Of a stretch of DNA of 64,000 bases, positions 41,734 to 53,160 are shown in pieces. Every line of letters begins with the position of its first letter. The stretch's first letter is position 1. The DNA is from Ignavibacteriales bacterium (lineage in GTDB: Bacteria > Bacteroidota > Ignavibacteria > UBA10030 > UBA6906), in NCBI GenBank assembly GCA_037441705.1, contig JBBIRR010000001.1:308070-372069 (forward strand), in the 5' to 3' direction. The translations under genes and the position numbers were made by a program. The notes beneath the pieces are model-generated. The model saw only the letters and a list, made by a program, of their open reading frames with translations, ran no database searches and was not told the DNA's origin.

Positions 41734-41786
41734 ATGATACGACATTTATGTCGTCCAGTCAAGTACGGAGACGACATATTTGTCTT
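41734..41786 (-). promoter_or_regulatory. Promoter of the iRadA cassette with two palindromic operators
   Basis: Minus strand TTGACT-17 nt-TATCAT (41762 to 41734); ACGACA-TTTA-TGTCGT at 41739-41754 and ACGACA-TATT-TGTCTT at 41771-41786. Confidence 0.8.
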
Positions 41787-41868
41787 TCCTCTGCGAAGCG
41801 AGGTGGGGGCACGAATCGGCATCAGCAGGGTTTAGTCTTCTGCTTGAAGCCTCGCCTGTAAGATGAAG

Positions 41869-42768
41869 TCAGTAAATCCGTTCGCGTTTGTGGAGATACT
41901 CCGTGAGGGCAACGTCGAAAGGGGTCGCGGTATCCATCAAGACATAATCCACATAATTCTCGCGACACTCGCGTTTGTAGCGTTCCAGGAACGCCTGAAA
42001 CTCGCGCTGATACGCTTTCTGAATATGCCACGGCTGCGTCATGAGCTGCTCGCCCGTTTCCATGTCCTTGAACATCGCATCACTCCCGAAAGCAAAACTC
42101 CGCTCAAGCGGATCGAGCACGTGCATGACAATGACTTCGTTCTTCTTGTGCCGAAAGTGTTTCAGCGCCGCAATCACGTCATCGGGTGAATCGAACAGAT
42201 CGCTGATAACGATAACAAGTCCGCGCCGTTTGATGCGGTCGGCAACCTGATGCAGCGATTTGCCCGCGCCGGTACGATTGCTTGCCTGCACATGATGCAG
42301 CGCGACAAGAATCTGGCGCAGGTACGCTTTCGTTGCATGCGGCGGAAGATACGTCGTCACCTGCTCATCGAACACCGCCAGCCCAACGGCGTCCTGCTGC
42401 TTGATCATCATGTACGAAAGCGAAGCAGCAAGATACGCCGCGTACTCCACCTTCCTGATGTTGCCCGTCGAAGCGTATGCCATGGATCTGCTCGCATCAA
42501 GCACGATGTACGCCTTGAGATTGGTCTCCTCTTCATACTGCTTGATGTAGTACCGATCCGTCTTGCCGTAGATTTTCCAATCAATATGTTTGATTTCATC
42601 GCCGGGCATGTACTGCCGGTGTTCGGCAAATTCTACGCTGAAGCCGTGATAGGGACTTTTGTGGAGGCCGGTGATGAATCCTTCTACCACAAGGCGTGCG
42701 CGCAGCTCCATGTTGGCAAGCTTTGCGACGACACCGGGCTGGAGATATTGACGATACTCTTGCGCCAC
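41869..42768 (-). CDS. DUF58 domain protein
   Basis: 'GLHKSPYHGFSVEFAEHRQYMPGD', 'IDWK', 'LDASRSM', 'ISDLF'. Confidence 0.93.
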   Translation of the reverse strand: MAQEYRQYLQPGVVAKLANMELRARLVVEGFITGLHKSPYHGFSVEFAEHRQYMPGDEIKHIDWKIYGKTDRYYIKQYEEETNLKAYIVLDASRSMAYASTGNIRKVEYAAYLAASLSYMMIKQQDAVGLAVFDEQVTTYLPPHATKAYLRQILVALHHVQASNRTGAGKSLHQVADRIKRRGLVIVISDLFDSPDDVIAALKHFRHKKNEVIVMHVLDPLERSFAFGSDAMFKDMETGEQLMTQPWHIQKAYQREFQAFLERYKRECRENYVDYVLMDTATPFDVALTEYLHKRERIY

Positions 42769-43295
42769 TACTTCTTCTTCGGCGATCGTGTGGCTTGTAC
42801 AGCGACCTGAGATTTTTCTTGCTGCTGGATCGGGAGAAGTTCTTCTGGTTTCTTACCGAGGTTGTCCAGCTCAAACTTTGCGGAGGACGCCATTTCATGG
42901 TTGGGGTACCGGGCCAGGAACTGTTCGTACAGCGCCTTTGCATTGTCCAGGTCATGCAGTTCGTTATGGTACAAATAGGCGCTGAGGAAGAGTGCAATCG
43001 GCGCCTGCTTCCCATCAGGATAGGCCTCAAGATACCGTTTGTAGGATGCGATGGCGCGAGCATAATCCTTCTGTTCTTCCGCTTGAATCCGTGCTATTGT
43101 CATCATTGCCTCTCCAGCTTGCGGAGAACCGGGATACTCGGCGATCAGCTTCTCGTACTCTTCGATGGCAACGTTGAAATTTTTTTCGTTGATGGCAACA
43201 GTCGCCTTGCCGAGGTACTCTTCGGGAGAGGGTTTGCTGCATCCGACAAGCAACGCGACGGAGCACACCACCAGAGGATGGAACAGATACTTCAT
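42768..43295 (-). CDS. TPR-repeat lipoprotein (BamD/CpoB-like repeats)
   Basis: Lipobox 'LLVG-C'; repeats 'YEKLIAEYPGS', 'YKRYLEAYPDG', 'YEQFLARYPNH'. Confidence 0.85.
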   Translation of the reverse strand: MKYLFHPLVVCSVALLVGCSKPSPEEYLGKATVAINEKNFNVAIEEYEKLIAEYPGSPQAGEAMMTIARIQAEEQKDYARAIASYKRYLEAYPDGKQAPIALFLSAYLYHNELHDLDNAKALYEQFLARYPNHEMASSAKFELDNLGKKPEELLPIQQQEKSQVAVQATRSPKKK

Positions 43296-43394
43296 ATCTC
43301 TATTACTCCTAATGAAACACGGCTTCAAATTAGAGAAATAGGGAGCGAGAAGCAACGCGAGCTGACGTGTCTTCGGCTCTCTTCGCGTCGGATC

Positions 43395-44726
43395 TCACGA
43401 TGCACTCCGCACCATCACCGCCGCGAAAAAACCATCAGTCGTCGTTCGATGAGGAAGGAGGTAGAGATAGGGCGAGGAAGCGTCTGTCGTCGTGATGTAC
43501 TGCCGAATGATTGCCGGCGCCGAAAGCAGCGTGAAGTCGGGGTGGAGATGAAGGAACTCTTCCACTCTCTCTTCATTCTCTTTGCGCAGCAGCGTGCAGG
43601 TCGAATACACAAGCCGGCCACCCGGACGGACGAGCGGCGCGTAGGCCTCGAGCACGCGCCGCTGCATCTGTGCCATCCGCTCGATGGTCGCTTCGGAAAC
43701 GCGGAGCTTCGCACCCGGGTTCCGGCGAAAGGTGCCAACCCCCGAGCACGGCGCGTCAACCAAAACAACGTCGGCTGCGCCGACACATTGAGGGATGAGC
43801 GCGGCATCCTGCCTGGCATGAAAAAGCTGGACAATGGTTGTTCCGGAGCGCGCCAGACGCGGCCGAATGTTGTCCAGCCGGGTTGCGTCAACATCAACGG
43901 CATAAATCGTTCCCCGGTTATCCATCAGCGCTGCAAGGTGCAGCGTCTTGCCTCCGCCGCCTGCGCACGCATCAACAACCACCTGTCCGGGTTGTGCTTC
44001 AGTGAGGAGTGAGAGGAGCTGACTTCCTTCATCCTGTATCTCAAACCATCCATCCCTGAAGCTCTGAAGCGCCTGAGTGTTGATGCGCTTGTGCAGCACA
44101 AGGCCGACGGGAGAGAAGGCAGTCGGTTCACTCGCAACACCTTCGAGGGCAAGTCGCGCCTGACACTGTTCGCGGGTCGTCTTCAGCGTATTGACCCGCA
44201 CAACTGTCGGCGCCTGTTGATTCAGCGCGAGACAGAGAAGGGATGTCTCATGCTCTCCGAATCGCTCCACCCATTCTGCGATGATGAACTCGGGAAACGA
44301 ATACTCCAGCGCAAGATGTCGGATCGGATGCCGCAGGATGGACGGCGGCATGGAAACAGCTGCTGCTGCAGAGAGAAAATCTTCGCACAACGTTCTTGGA
44401 TACGTGAAGCGCCACGTTGACTCCACCGCCGAGAGAACCGAGGCGGGGTCCTCACCCCTGATGCGCGTTGCATACGCCATATACACAACAAGAGGAGAGA
44501 GTGTGGGAAGATTAAGCTGTCGGGCTGCTTCCTCGGCAACGAAACGAATCTTGCGGTAGTGACGGACAATGTCGAAGAACGTGTCCGAGATAAAGCGGCG
44601 GTCTTTCGCTCCGAGATAGCGCCGCTCACGAAAGAATTTGTTCACAACATTATCCGCAGGCTCGGCAGCACGCTCGATGAGACTGAGAAGCTCAAGCACG
44701 TGTCCGACGAGGGAGGAGGGTTTCAT
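43395..44726 (-). CDS. RsmB/NOP family RNA m5C methyltransferase
   Basis: 'RVNTLK', 'IQDEGSQ', 'DACAGGGGK', 'VDAPCSG', 'YSTCT', 'DGFF'. Confidence 0.93.
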   Translation of the reverse strand: MKPSSLVGHVLELLSLIERAAEPADNVVNKFFRERRYLGAKDRRFISDTFFDIVRHYRKIRFVAEEAARQLNLPTLSPLVVYMAYATRIRGEDPASVLSAVESTWRFTYPRTLCEDFLSAAAAVSMPPSILRHPIRHLALEYSFPEFIIAEWVERFGEHETSLLCLALNQQAPTVVRVNTLKTTREQCQARLALEGVASEPTAFSPVGLVLHKRINTQALQSFRDGWFEIQDEGSQLLSLLTEAQPGQVVVDACAGGGGKTLHLAALMDNRGTIYAVDVDATRLDNIRPRLARSGTTIVQLFHARQDAALIPQCVGAADVVLVDAPCSGVGTFRRNPGAKLRVSEATIERMAQMQRRVLEAYAPLVRPGGRLVYSTCTLLRKENEERVEEFLHLHPDFTLLSAPAIIRQYITTTDASSPYLYLLPHRTTTDGFFAAVMVRSAS

Positions 44727-44791
44727 GCGTTCGTAGTCTTATGCAGATGGACTCCACTTCCAGGGAAAGCGGAGTCCATCTTGCCGGATGC

Positions 44792-47431
44792 TTACTGCAC
44801 GTCTGCTGTCACTTTCTTGACGAACTCGATGAGTCCACGAGTGTCCAGATCCACCTCCACCGTATCCCCTTCACTGAACTCGCCCGCGAGAAGCTTCTCG
44901 GCCATCGCGTTGACGATATGCTTCTGGATGACGCGCTTGAGCGGGCGCGCTCCGAACATCGGATCGTAGCCCAATTTGGCAAGCCAGTCCTTTGCCTCGT
45001 CGCTCACTTCCAGCGTGATGCCCTTCTGCTTCAGCATCTCCTCGACACGTTTCAACTGCAAGGACACAATCGCGCGGATGTCTTCATGACGCAGCGGCTT
45101 GAACACGATGATCTCATCCACTCGATTGAGGAATTCGGGCCTGATGGTTTTCTTGAGCAGGGCAAACAGGTCCTGCTTCAGCTCACCAAACTCCTCATCC
45201 CAGTTCGGCCGCGTGTCGAATCCCCTCCCGATGCGCTCGCTGATGAGCTGCGAGCCGAGATTCGACGTCATGATGATGATCGTGTTCTTGAAGTCCACCG
45301 TATGCCCCTTGCTATCGGTGAGGCGACCTTCGTCCAGCACCTGCAGCAGCAGGTTGAAGACTTCGGGATGGGCTTTCTCGATTTCGTCGAGCAGCACAAC
45401 CGAATACGGTTTGCGCCTGACGGCCTCGGTAAGCTGGCCGCCCTCTTCGTAGCCGACATATCCCGGCGGCGCGCCGATGAGCCGTGACACGGAGAACTTC
45501 TCCATGTACTCGCTCATATCAATGCGCACCATTGCCCGTTCGTCGTTGAAGAGGAACTCGGCGAGTGCCCGCGCCAGTTCCGTCTTTCCGACGCCCGTGC
45601 TGCCGAGGAAGATGAACGACCCGATCGGCCGCTTCTCATCCTGCAAACCGGCACGCGCACGTCGGATGGCATCGCTGACGGCCCTGACCGCCTCTTCTTG
45701 TGCGATCACGCGCTGCTGCAAGCGTTCTTCGAGATGCAGCAACTTCTGCCGATCGCTCTCGAGCATGCGCGCCACGGGAATGCCCGTCCAGCGTGCCACG
45801 ATTTCCGCGATGTCTTCCGCTTCGACTTCCTCTTTCAGCATCCGCCGATCCTGCTGCACCTGCTGCAGACGAGCCGAGGCCTCGCGGATCTTGCGCTCGA
45901 GGTCGGCGATGACGCCGTAGCGCAGCTCGGCAACGCGACCGAGGTCGCCTTCCCGCTCTTTCTTTTCCGCTTCGAGCCGCGCGGCTTCGATCTTCTCCTT
46001 CATCGTCCGGATGGATTGAATGAGGTCTTTCTCCACCTGCCAGTGTGCACGCAGCTCCGTGCGCAGTTGATGTTGCTCGGCAAGCTCTCGCTCGACATCG
46101 GCAAGACGATCCTGCGATGCCTCGTCCTTCTCCCGTCGGATAGCCTCGCGCTCGATCTCCAGTTGCTTGATGCGCCGTTCGACGGCATCCAGCTCTTCCG
46201 GCATCGAATCAATTTCAATGCGGAGTTTCGACGCCGCCTCATCCACCAGGTCGATCGCTTTATCGGGTAGAAAGCGATCGGAGATGTAGCGATGGCTGAG
46301 CTGCGCAGCCGCTACGATGGCGCCGTCTGTGATGCGCACGCCGTGATGCAGTTCGTACCGCTCCTTCAAACCGCGAAGGATCGAAATCGTGTCTTCCACG
46401 CTCGGCTCATCCACCAGCACGGGCTGGAAGCGGCGTTCGAGAGCCGGATCTTTCTCGATGTACTTGCGGTATTCATCAATGGTTGTTGCCCCGATGGCGC
46501 GCAGTTCGCCCTTGGCAAGTGCGGGCTTGAGCATGTTGGCGGCATCGACCGCGCCCTGCGCTGCGCCGGCACCGACCAGCGTGTGCAGCTCATCAATAAA
46601 GAGAATGATTTCGCCATTGGACTCTTCGACCTCCTTCAGCAGCGCTTTCAGCCGCTCTTCGAACTGTCCGCGAAAGCTCGTTCCGGCAACCAACGCGCCC
46701 ATGTCCAAGGCAACGATGCGCTTGGTCTTGAGCGTTTCGGGGACGTCGCCTTGCACGATGCGATGGGCAATGCCCTCGGCGATGGCGGTTTTCCCGACGC
46801 CCGGTTCACCGATGAGAACCGGATTGTTCTTGGTTCGTCGCGACAGCACCTGCAGCACCCGACGGATTTCCTCGTCTCGCCCGATGACCGGATCCAGTTT
46901 CCCCTTGCGGGCGAGTTCATTCAGGTCGCGCCCATAGCGCTGAAGCGCCTGATACTTCTCTTCCGGCGTCTGGTCGGTGACGCGCTGCGTGCCGCGAATG
47001 TCTTTCAACACCTTCAGCACGGCGTCCACCGTCACGCCCTGCTCGATCAGCAACTTGCCTGCCTGGGTGTCTTTGGTCTCGACCATGGCAAGCAACAGAT
47101 GCTCGGTGCTGATGTACTCGTCTTTCAGATTCTGCGCCTGCTTCATGGCGCGCTCAAACACTCGCGCCAGAGCCGGGGAGAGAGCCTGACTCGACAGGCC
47201 TGCACCGCTCACTTTGGGCAGGCGGTCCATCTGCTCATTGAGTTTGATTTTGATGAAACCGATGTTCGCCCCGATCTTCTGGAGAATGGGAACGACGGTT
47301 CCTCCGGGATCCTGCACGAGGGCCGCGAGAAGATGTTCCGGCTCGACCAATTGATTGCCGTAACTCGACGCGATTTCCTGTGCAGTCTGGACTGCCTCTT
47401 GCGATTTGATCGTAAACTTGTTGAAATTCAT
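44792..47431 (-). CDS. clpB: Chaperone ClpB
   Basis: Two AAA+ modules ([16 protein letters not shown]) and a long coiled-coil M domain ('DSMPEELD...AELRYG'). Confidence 0.97.
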   Translation of the reverse strand: MNFNKFTIKSQEAVQTAQEIASSYGNQLVEPEHLLAALVQDPGGTVVPILQKIGANIGFIKIKLNEQMDRLPKVSGAGLSSQALSPALARVFERAMKQAQNLKDEYISTEHLLLAMVETKDTQAGKLLIEQGVTVDAVLKVLKDIRGTQRVTDQTPEEKYQALQRYGRDLNELARKGKLDPVIGRDEEIRRVLQVLSRRTKNNPVLIGEPGVGKTAIAEGIAHRIVQGDVPETLKTKRIVALDMGALVAGTSFRGQFEERLKALLKEVEESNGEIILFIDELHTLVGAGAAQGAVDAANMLKPALAKGELRAIGATTIDEYRKYIEKDPALERRFQPVLVDEPSVEDTISILRGLKERYELHHGVRITDGAIVAAAQLSHRYISDRFLPDKAIDLVDEAASKLRIEIDSMPEELDAVERRIKQLEIEREAIRREKDEASQDRLADVERELAEQHQLRTELRAHWQVEKDLIQSIRTMKEKIEAARLEAEKKEREGDLGRVAELRYGVIADLERKIREASARLQQVQQDRRMLKEEVEAEDIAEIVARWTGIPVARMLESDRQKLLHLEERLQQRVIAQEEAVRAVSDAIRRARAGLQDEKRPIGSFIFLGSTGVGKTELARALAEFLFNDERAMVRIDMSEYMEKFSVSRLIGAPPGYVGYEEGGQLTEAVRRKPYSVVLLDEIEKAHPEVFNLLLQVLDEGRLTDSKGHTVDFKNTIIIMTSNLGSQLISERIGRGFDTRPNWDEEFGELKQDLFALLKKTIRPEFLNRVDEIIVFKPLRHEDIRAIVSLQLKRVEEMLKQKGITLEVSDEAKDWLAKLGYDPMFGARPLKRVIQKHIVNAMAEKLLAGEFSEGDTVEVDLDTRGLIEFVKKVTADVQ

Positions 47432-47494
47432 ACCATCCTCACTCCCGCGCATGACGGCACACCGTCATACGCTTCATGCTGTTCGTTCTTATGC

Positions 47495-47523
47495 AAAAGG
47501 CGAGAGAAGAATTCCCTCGCCTT
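47495..47523 (-). terminator. Hairpin/terminator between dnaK and clpB
   Basis: AAGGCGAG...CTCGCCTT stem with only a short U tract on the minus strand. Confidence 0.6.
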
Positions 47524-47555
47524 CCGACCCCTGATCGTTCGTTGGAACTGCTGCT

Positions 47556-49472
<1,917 letters not shown>

Positions 49473-49725
49473 GATGGACTCTCCTCAAGTGACTGATATG
49501 CTGATTGTCTTTACACACTAATCTGTCCCTCTTTCTCACCAAAGATATGCCATCTCTGTACTCAAGAAATCTGGCGGGAAATTCGAAGAATCTTGAATCC
49601 CTCGGAATTGAAGAACGACAAGCCTTGCCACTGTGTCAGCGGACTTTGACCGGAATGGCACAACTCGGCCAGAATCTGACAAAACGTACCCCTCGTACGA
49701 AGGCGAATTGTCAACGAATTTTGAC

Positions 49726-49754
49726 TTGCTTTTGGCGATTGTTTGTAGTATCAT
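49726..49754 (+). promoter_or_regulatory. Putative birA-coaX promoter
   Basis: TTGCTT-17 nt-TATCAT. Confidence 0.5.
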
Positions 49755-49879
49755 GACCGTTGCTTCAACGCAGAGTGCAAACCGTTCGTCCCAACGCAGC
49801 CCCGTTCCCACAAAGCTTCTCGGTTGTAGGTTCGTTATCATCAGCCACTTCGTTCGACTGTTTCAGACAGGAGGCAACG

Positions 49880-50722
49880 ATGTTCAATGAACGAGAATTG
49901 AGAAAGGGTCTCAAGACCAAAACCTTCGGAAAGAAAATCTACACGTTTCAGACCATCGACTCGACCAACAACTGCGCAAAGGCAGTAGCGAACGTCGGCG
50001 GGCCGGAAGGGATTGTTGTGATAGCGGAGGAGCAGACCGCCGGCAAAGGAAGGCTTGGGCGGCGATGGCTGGCAAATCCGAACGAGAACCTTACGTTCTC
50101 GCTTGTGCTTCGGCCGTCCGTTCATGCCGAGGTCATTCACCAACTCCCGCTCTACGTCGGCCTTGCGCTCGCCGAAGCGATCGAAAAAACGACCCGCATT
50201 CGCGCCGAATGCAAATGGCCGAACGACGTTCTCCTCAACAGAAAGAAAGTGGCCGGCATTCTCGTCGAAGGAGCGTTGAAGGAGAATTTCGTCGAGTACG
50301 TTGTGGTCGGCATTGGCGTGAACGTCAATCAAACGGTTTTTCCGCCAGACCTCGCCAACAAAGCGACATCGCTGCGACTTGAGTGTAAGAGAGAGATCGA
50401 TCGAATTGCCCTGTTCAGGGACATTCTCACGGCACTCGAGGTCATGTATCAACGGGGAAAGCAGAGTGGGTTCGGGTTCGTCGTGTCTCGCTGGATGGAA
50501 CGTTCTTCAATGCTCAACAAGCCCATCGCCGTCTCTCAACACGGTACCGTGATTACCGGAATCGTCAAGGGGTTGAGCCGTGAAGGAGGCCTCATCCTTC
50601 AGGCCAACGGCCTGGAGCAAACGCTGTTCGCAGGCGACGTAACAATCCTCGGCGAGGTCAACGACCAACTCCTTCCTTCTGCACCTTCACAGCAGTCATC
50701 CGTCGTGCTGCCTCGATCCTGA
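49880..50722 (+). CDS. birA: Biotin--protein ligase without N-terminal HTH
   Basis: GGAGG SD; 'DSTN', 'QTAGKGRLGRRW', 'KWPND', 'KVAGILVE', 'GIGVNV'. Confidence 0.95.
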   Translation: MFNERELRKGLKTKTFGKKIYTFQTIDSTNNCAKAVANVGGPEGIVVIAEEQTAGKGRLGRRWLANPNENLTFSLVLRPSVHAEVIHQLPLYVGLALAEAIEKTTRIRAECKWPNDVLLNRKKVAGILVEGALKENFVEYVVVGIGVNVNQTVFPPDLANKATSLRLECKREIDRIALFRDILTALEVMYQRGKQSGFGFVVSRWMERSSMLNKPIAVSQHGTVITGIVKGLSREGGLILQANGLEQTLFAGDVTILGEVNDQLLPSAPSQQSSVVLPRS

Positions 50723-51495
50723 TGCTTCTGGCACTGGATATTGGCAACTCCACGATTGGAGCCGGCCTGTTCGACGGCGACAAAAGACTCGGAGAGACCC
50801 AAGCTCCCAGCGGCCTCCAACGCACGCCGGAAGAAACCTGGCTCGTGATCGAGCAGTTGCTGTACGAATCAGGTCTCGCCGCCGAGCACATCAACGCCGT
50901 GGGCATCTCGTCCGTCGTGCCCTTTCTTACCTCGATCTTCGACTCGCTCGTTCGTAAGAATCTCGGCATTGTGCCCGTTCACATCTCTGCCGCTCTTGAT
51001 CTCGGTTTCAGGATTCGTTATGAGCAGCCGAACATGCTTGGCAGTGACAGGATTTGCAGCGCGGCGGCAGGCTACGCGAAGTATGGCGGACCGCTGATCA
51101 TCGTTGACTTCGGGACGGCTACAACATACGGGGTAGTGGATGCAAACGGCGACTTTCTCGGCGGGGCAATCTCGTTAGGAGTGAAAACGACGGCCGATGC
51201 TCTTCATAGCAGAACGGCGCAGCTTCCCCCCATCACACTTGCGTTGCCGCAGAGAACCATCTGCACCGACACGGTATCAGCCATGCAGGCGGGAACGATG
51301 TTTGGCGCCATTGATGCAGTCGAAGGGATGATTGCCCGATGCAAAAAGGAGCTGGGTGCGGAAGCGCGCGTCGTCGCCACAGGCGGACTCTCGGCGATCA
51401 TGACTCCCCTTATTCCCTCCATCACCCATCACGATCCGTCGCTTGTGCTGGAGGGTGTGCGCCTCATCTGCGAACGCCTGCACCGGAAGCGCTGA
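50722..51495 (+). CDS. coaX: Type III pantothenate kinase
   Basis: 'LDIGNS', 'SSVVP', 'LGSDR', 'VDFGTATT', 'ATGG'. Confidence 0.95.
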   Translation: MLLALDIGNSTIGAGLFDGDKRLGETQAPSGLQRTPEETWLVIEQLLYESGLAAEHINAVGISSVVPFLTSIFDSLVRKNLGIVPVHISAALDLGFRIRYEQPNMLGSDRICSAAAGYAKYGGPLIIVDFGTATTYGVVDANGDFLGGAISLGVKTTADALHSRTAQLPPITLALPQRTICTDTVSAMQAGTMFGAIDAVEGMIARCKKELGAEARVVATGGLSAIMTPLIPSITHHDPSLVLEGVRLICERLHRKR

Positions 51496-51517
51496 GAGCC
51501 GGTCTCAGGACCGAGAT

Positions 51518-53017
51518 TCACGGGGTCCCGAAAATCCTCACCGATGCCTGGGCGAGCTGAACCAGCGGAGAGAAATACAGCCCGAACAACAGCGTCGGCA
51601 CCAGCAGCACCGTCACAATCGCCTTCTGCAGCATCGTGAACTCAAGAGGCGTCTGCACCTGACGCGTCGGCGCCACGAGGTACATGTTGCGCAGAATGCG
51701 TACGTAGTAGTACAGCGCCACAACGCTGTTCAGCGCGCCAACCACGGCAAGCCATACCCAACCACTGTTCAGCAGCGCAGCGAACAAATACAGCTTCCCG
51801 ATGAATCCCGCCGTGGGCGGCAAGCCGGTGAGCGAGATGAGAAAGATGGAAAGAGCGACGGTGACGAGAGGGGCCCTGGGGCCGATGCCCTTGTAGTCCT
51901 CGATATCTTCGCTGTCCAACTTATTGGCAATCAGCATCACGATATAGAACGCGCCGAGGTTCATGAAGAGATACACCATGAAGTAGAGCAAAACGGCTGA
52001 GAATCCCTCATTGGTGAGAACGACCAGGCCCATCAGCATATAGCCTGCGTGGGCAATGCTGGAGTAGGCAAGCAGACGCTTGAGATTGTTCTGCCAGATG
52101 GCCACGAGATTCCCTAACGTCATCGTCAGGACGGAGAGCATGGCAATCACCGCCACCCAGTCGAACCCCTGCAGCGTTGCCCACGTCCCTTCCGGCAGAT
52201 GCACAACGCTGGAATCAATGAAGGTCACCTTGAAGAAGCGCATCATCATCGCAAAACCGCCGGCCTTGGAAGCAACGGACAGGAAGGCCGTGATGGTAAT
52301 CGGTGCGCCTTCGTACACATCGGGTGTCCAGAAGTGAAACGGCACGGCAGAAATCTTGTACCCGAATCCGGCAATGGTCAGCATCCCGGCAATCAGCAGA
52401 GTCAGATTGTTGAAACCGCCTTTGGCCAGCGCGTTGTTGATGGCGTAGATGTCCAACGACCCCGTCATTCCGTAGATCATCGAAATGCCGTAGAGCATCA
52501 ATCCTGACGACACGGCGCCGTAGATGACGTACTTGAGCGATGCTTCGCTCGAGTCCTGCGCTTCACGCGTGTAGCCGGAGAGAATGTAGGAAGTAATCGA
52601 GGAAAGCTCCACAGCCAGATACATCATCAGCAGGTTGCTGGCCCCTGCCATCAGAATCATACCCAACGTCAGCGCAAGGAGCAGCGCGTAGTACTCGCCC
52701 AATCTCCTGCCCGCCGAGTTCAACTCAGACGAGTTCAGAGAGAAGAGGACAATCAGCATTGCGCAGAAGGTGATGACGAGCTTGAAGAACAAGGCGAAGC
52801 GATCCACGGCGATCATGTTGCTGAAGATGGAGGTGTGGACTTCCGCCTGCGGCAGCGTCGTGAGAAATGCCGCGATCAGTCCCGCCATCGCGACTGCAGC
52901 TCCTACGACAGGGTATCGCCGAAAGAGCAGGTCTGCAATGATGGCAACAAGAAAGGCAACAACCAGTACCGTTTCGGGATAGAAGTACTGGAGATCGTTC
53001 AGAATCTGTTCTGCCAT
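51518..53017 (-). CDS. nuoN: NADH-quinone oxidoreductase subunit N
   Basis: 'EASLKY', 'KISAVPFHFWTPDVYEGAP', 'KRLLAYSSIAHAGY'. Confidence 0.96.
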   Translation of the reverse strand: MAEQILNDLQYFYPETVLVVAFLVAIIADLLFRRYPVVGAAVAMAGLIAAFLTTLPQAEVHTSIFSNMIAVDRFALFFKLVITFCAMLIVLFSLNSSELNSAGRRLGEYYALLLALTLGMILMAGASNLLMMYLAVELSSITSYILSGYTREAQDSSEASLKYVIYGAVSSGLMLYGISMIYGMTGSLDIYAINNALAKGGFNNLTLLIAGMLTIAGFGYKISAVPFHFWTPDVYEGAPITITAFLSVASKAGGFAMMMRFFKVTFIDSSVVHLPEGTWATLQGFDWVAVIAMLSVLTMTLGNLVAIWQNNLKRLLAYSSIAHAGYMLMGLVVLTNEGFSAVLLYFMVYLFMNLGAFYIVMLIANKLDSEDIEDYKGIGPRAPLVTVALSIFLISLTGLPPTAGFIGKLYLFAALLNSGWVWLAVVGALNSVVALYYYVRILRNMYLVAPTRQVQTPLEFTMLQKAIVTVLLVPTLLFGLYFSPLVQLAQASVRIFGTP

Positions 53018-53114
53018 GAGTGTCTCATTTTCTTTTGCGTGACTGACCCCGGCGCTCAGGCCGGGTTATAGAAGCTCGTACAATCCTCAGGTGCTTTGGT
53101 CTCTGAGGTTTAAG

Positions 53115-53141
53115 CGCGAATCCACGCGAAGAAACGCGAAT
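53115..53141. repeat. Three CGCGAA units at 10-nt period in the nuoM-nuoN spacer
   Basis: CGCGAA at 53115, 53125 and 53135. Confidence 0.6.
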
Positions 53142-53160
53142 CAAAAGATGGATCAGCTCT

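Noticed and set aside
49755-49879. Biotin operator or riboswitch ahead of birA-coaX
   Set aside because: This BirA lacks the DNA-binding HTH, and no convincing palindrome or aptamer was seen.
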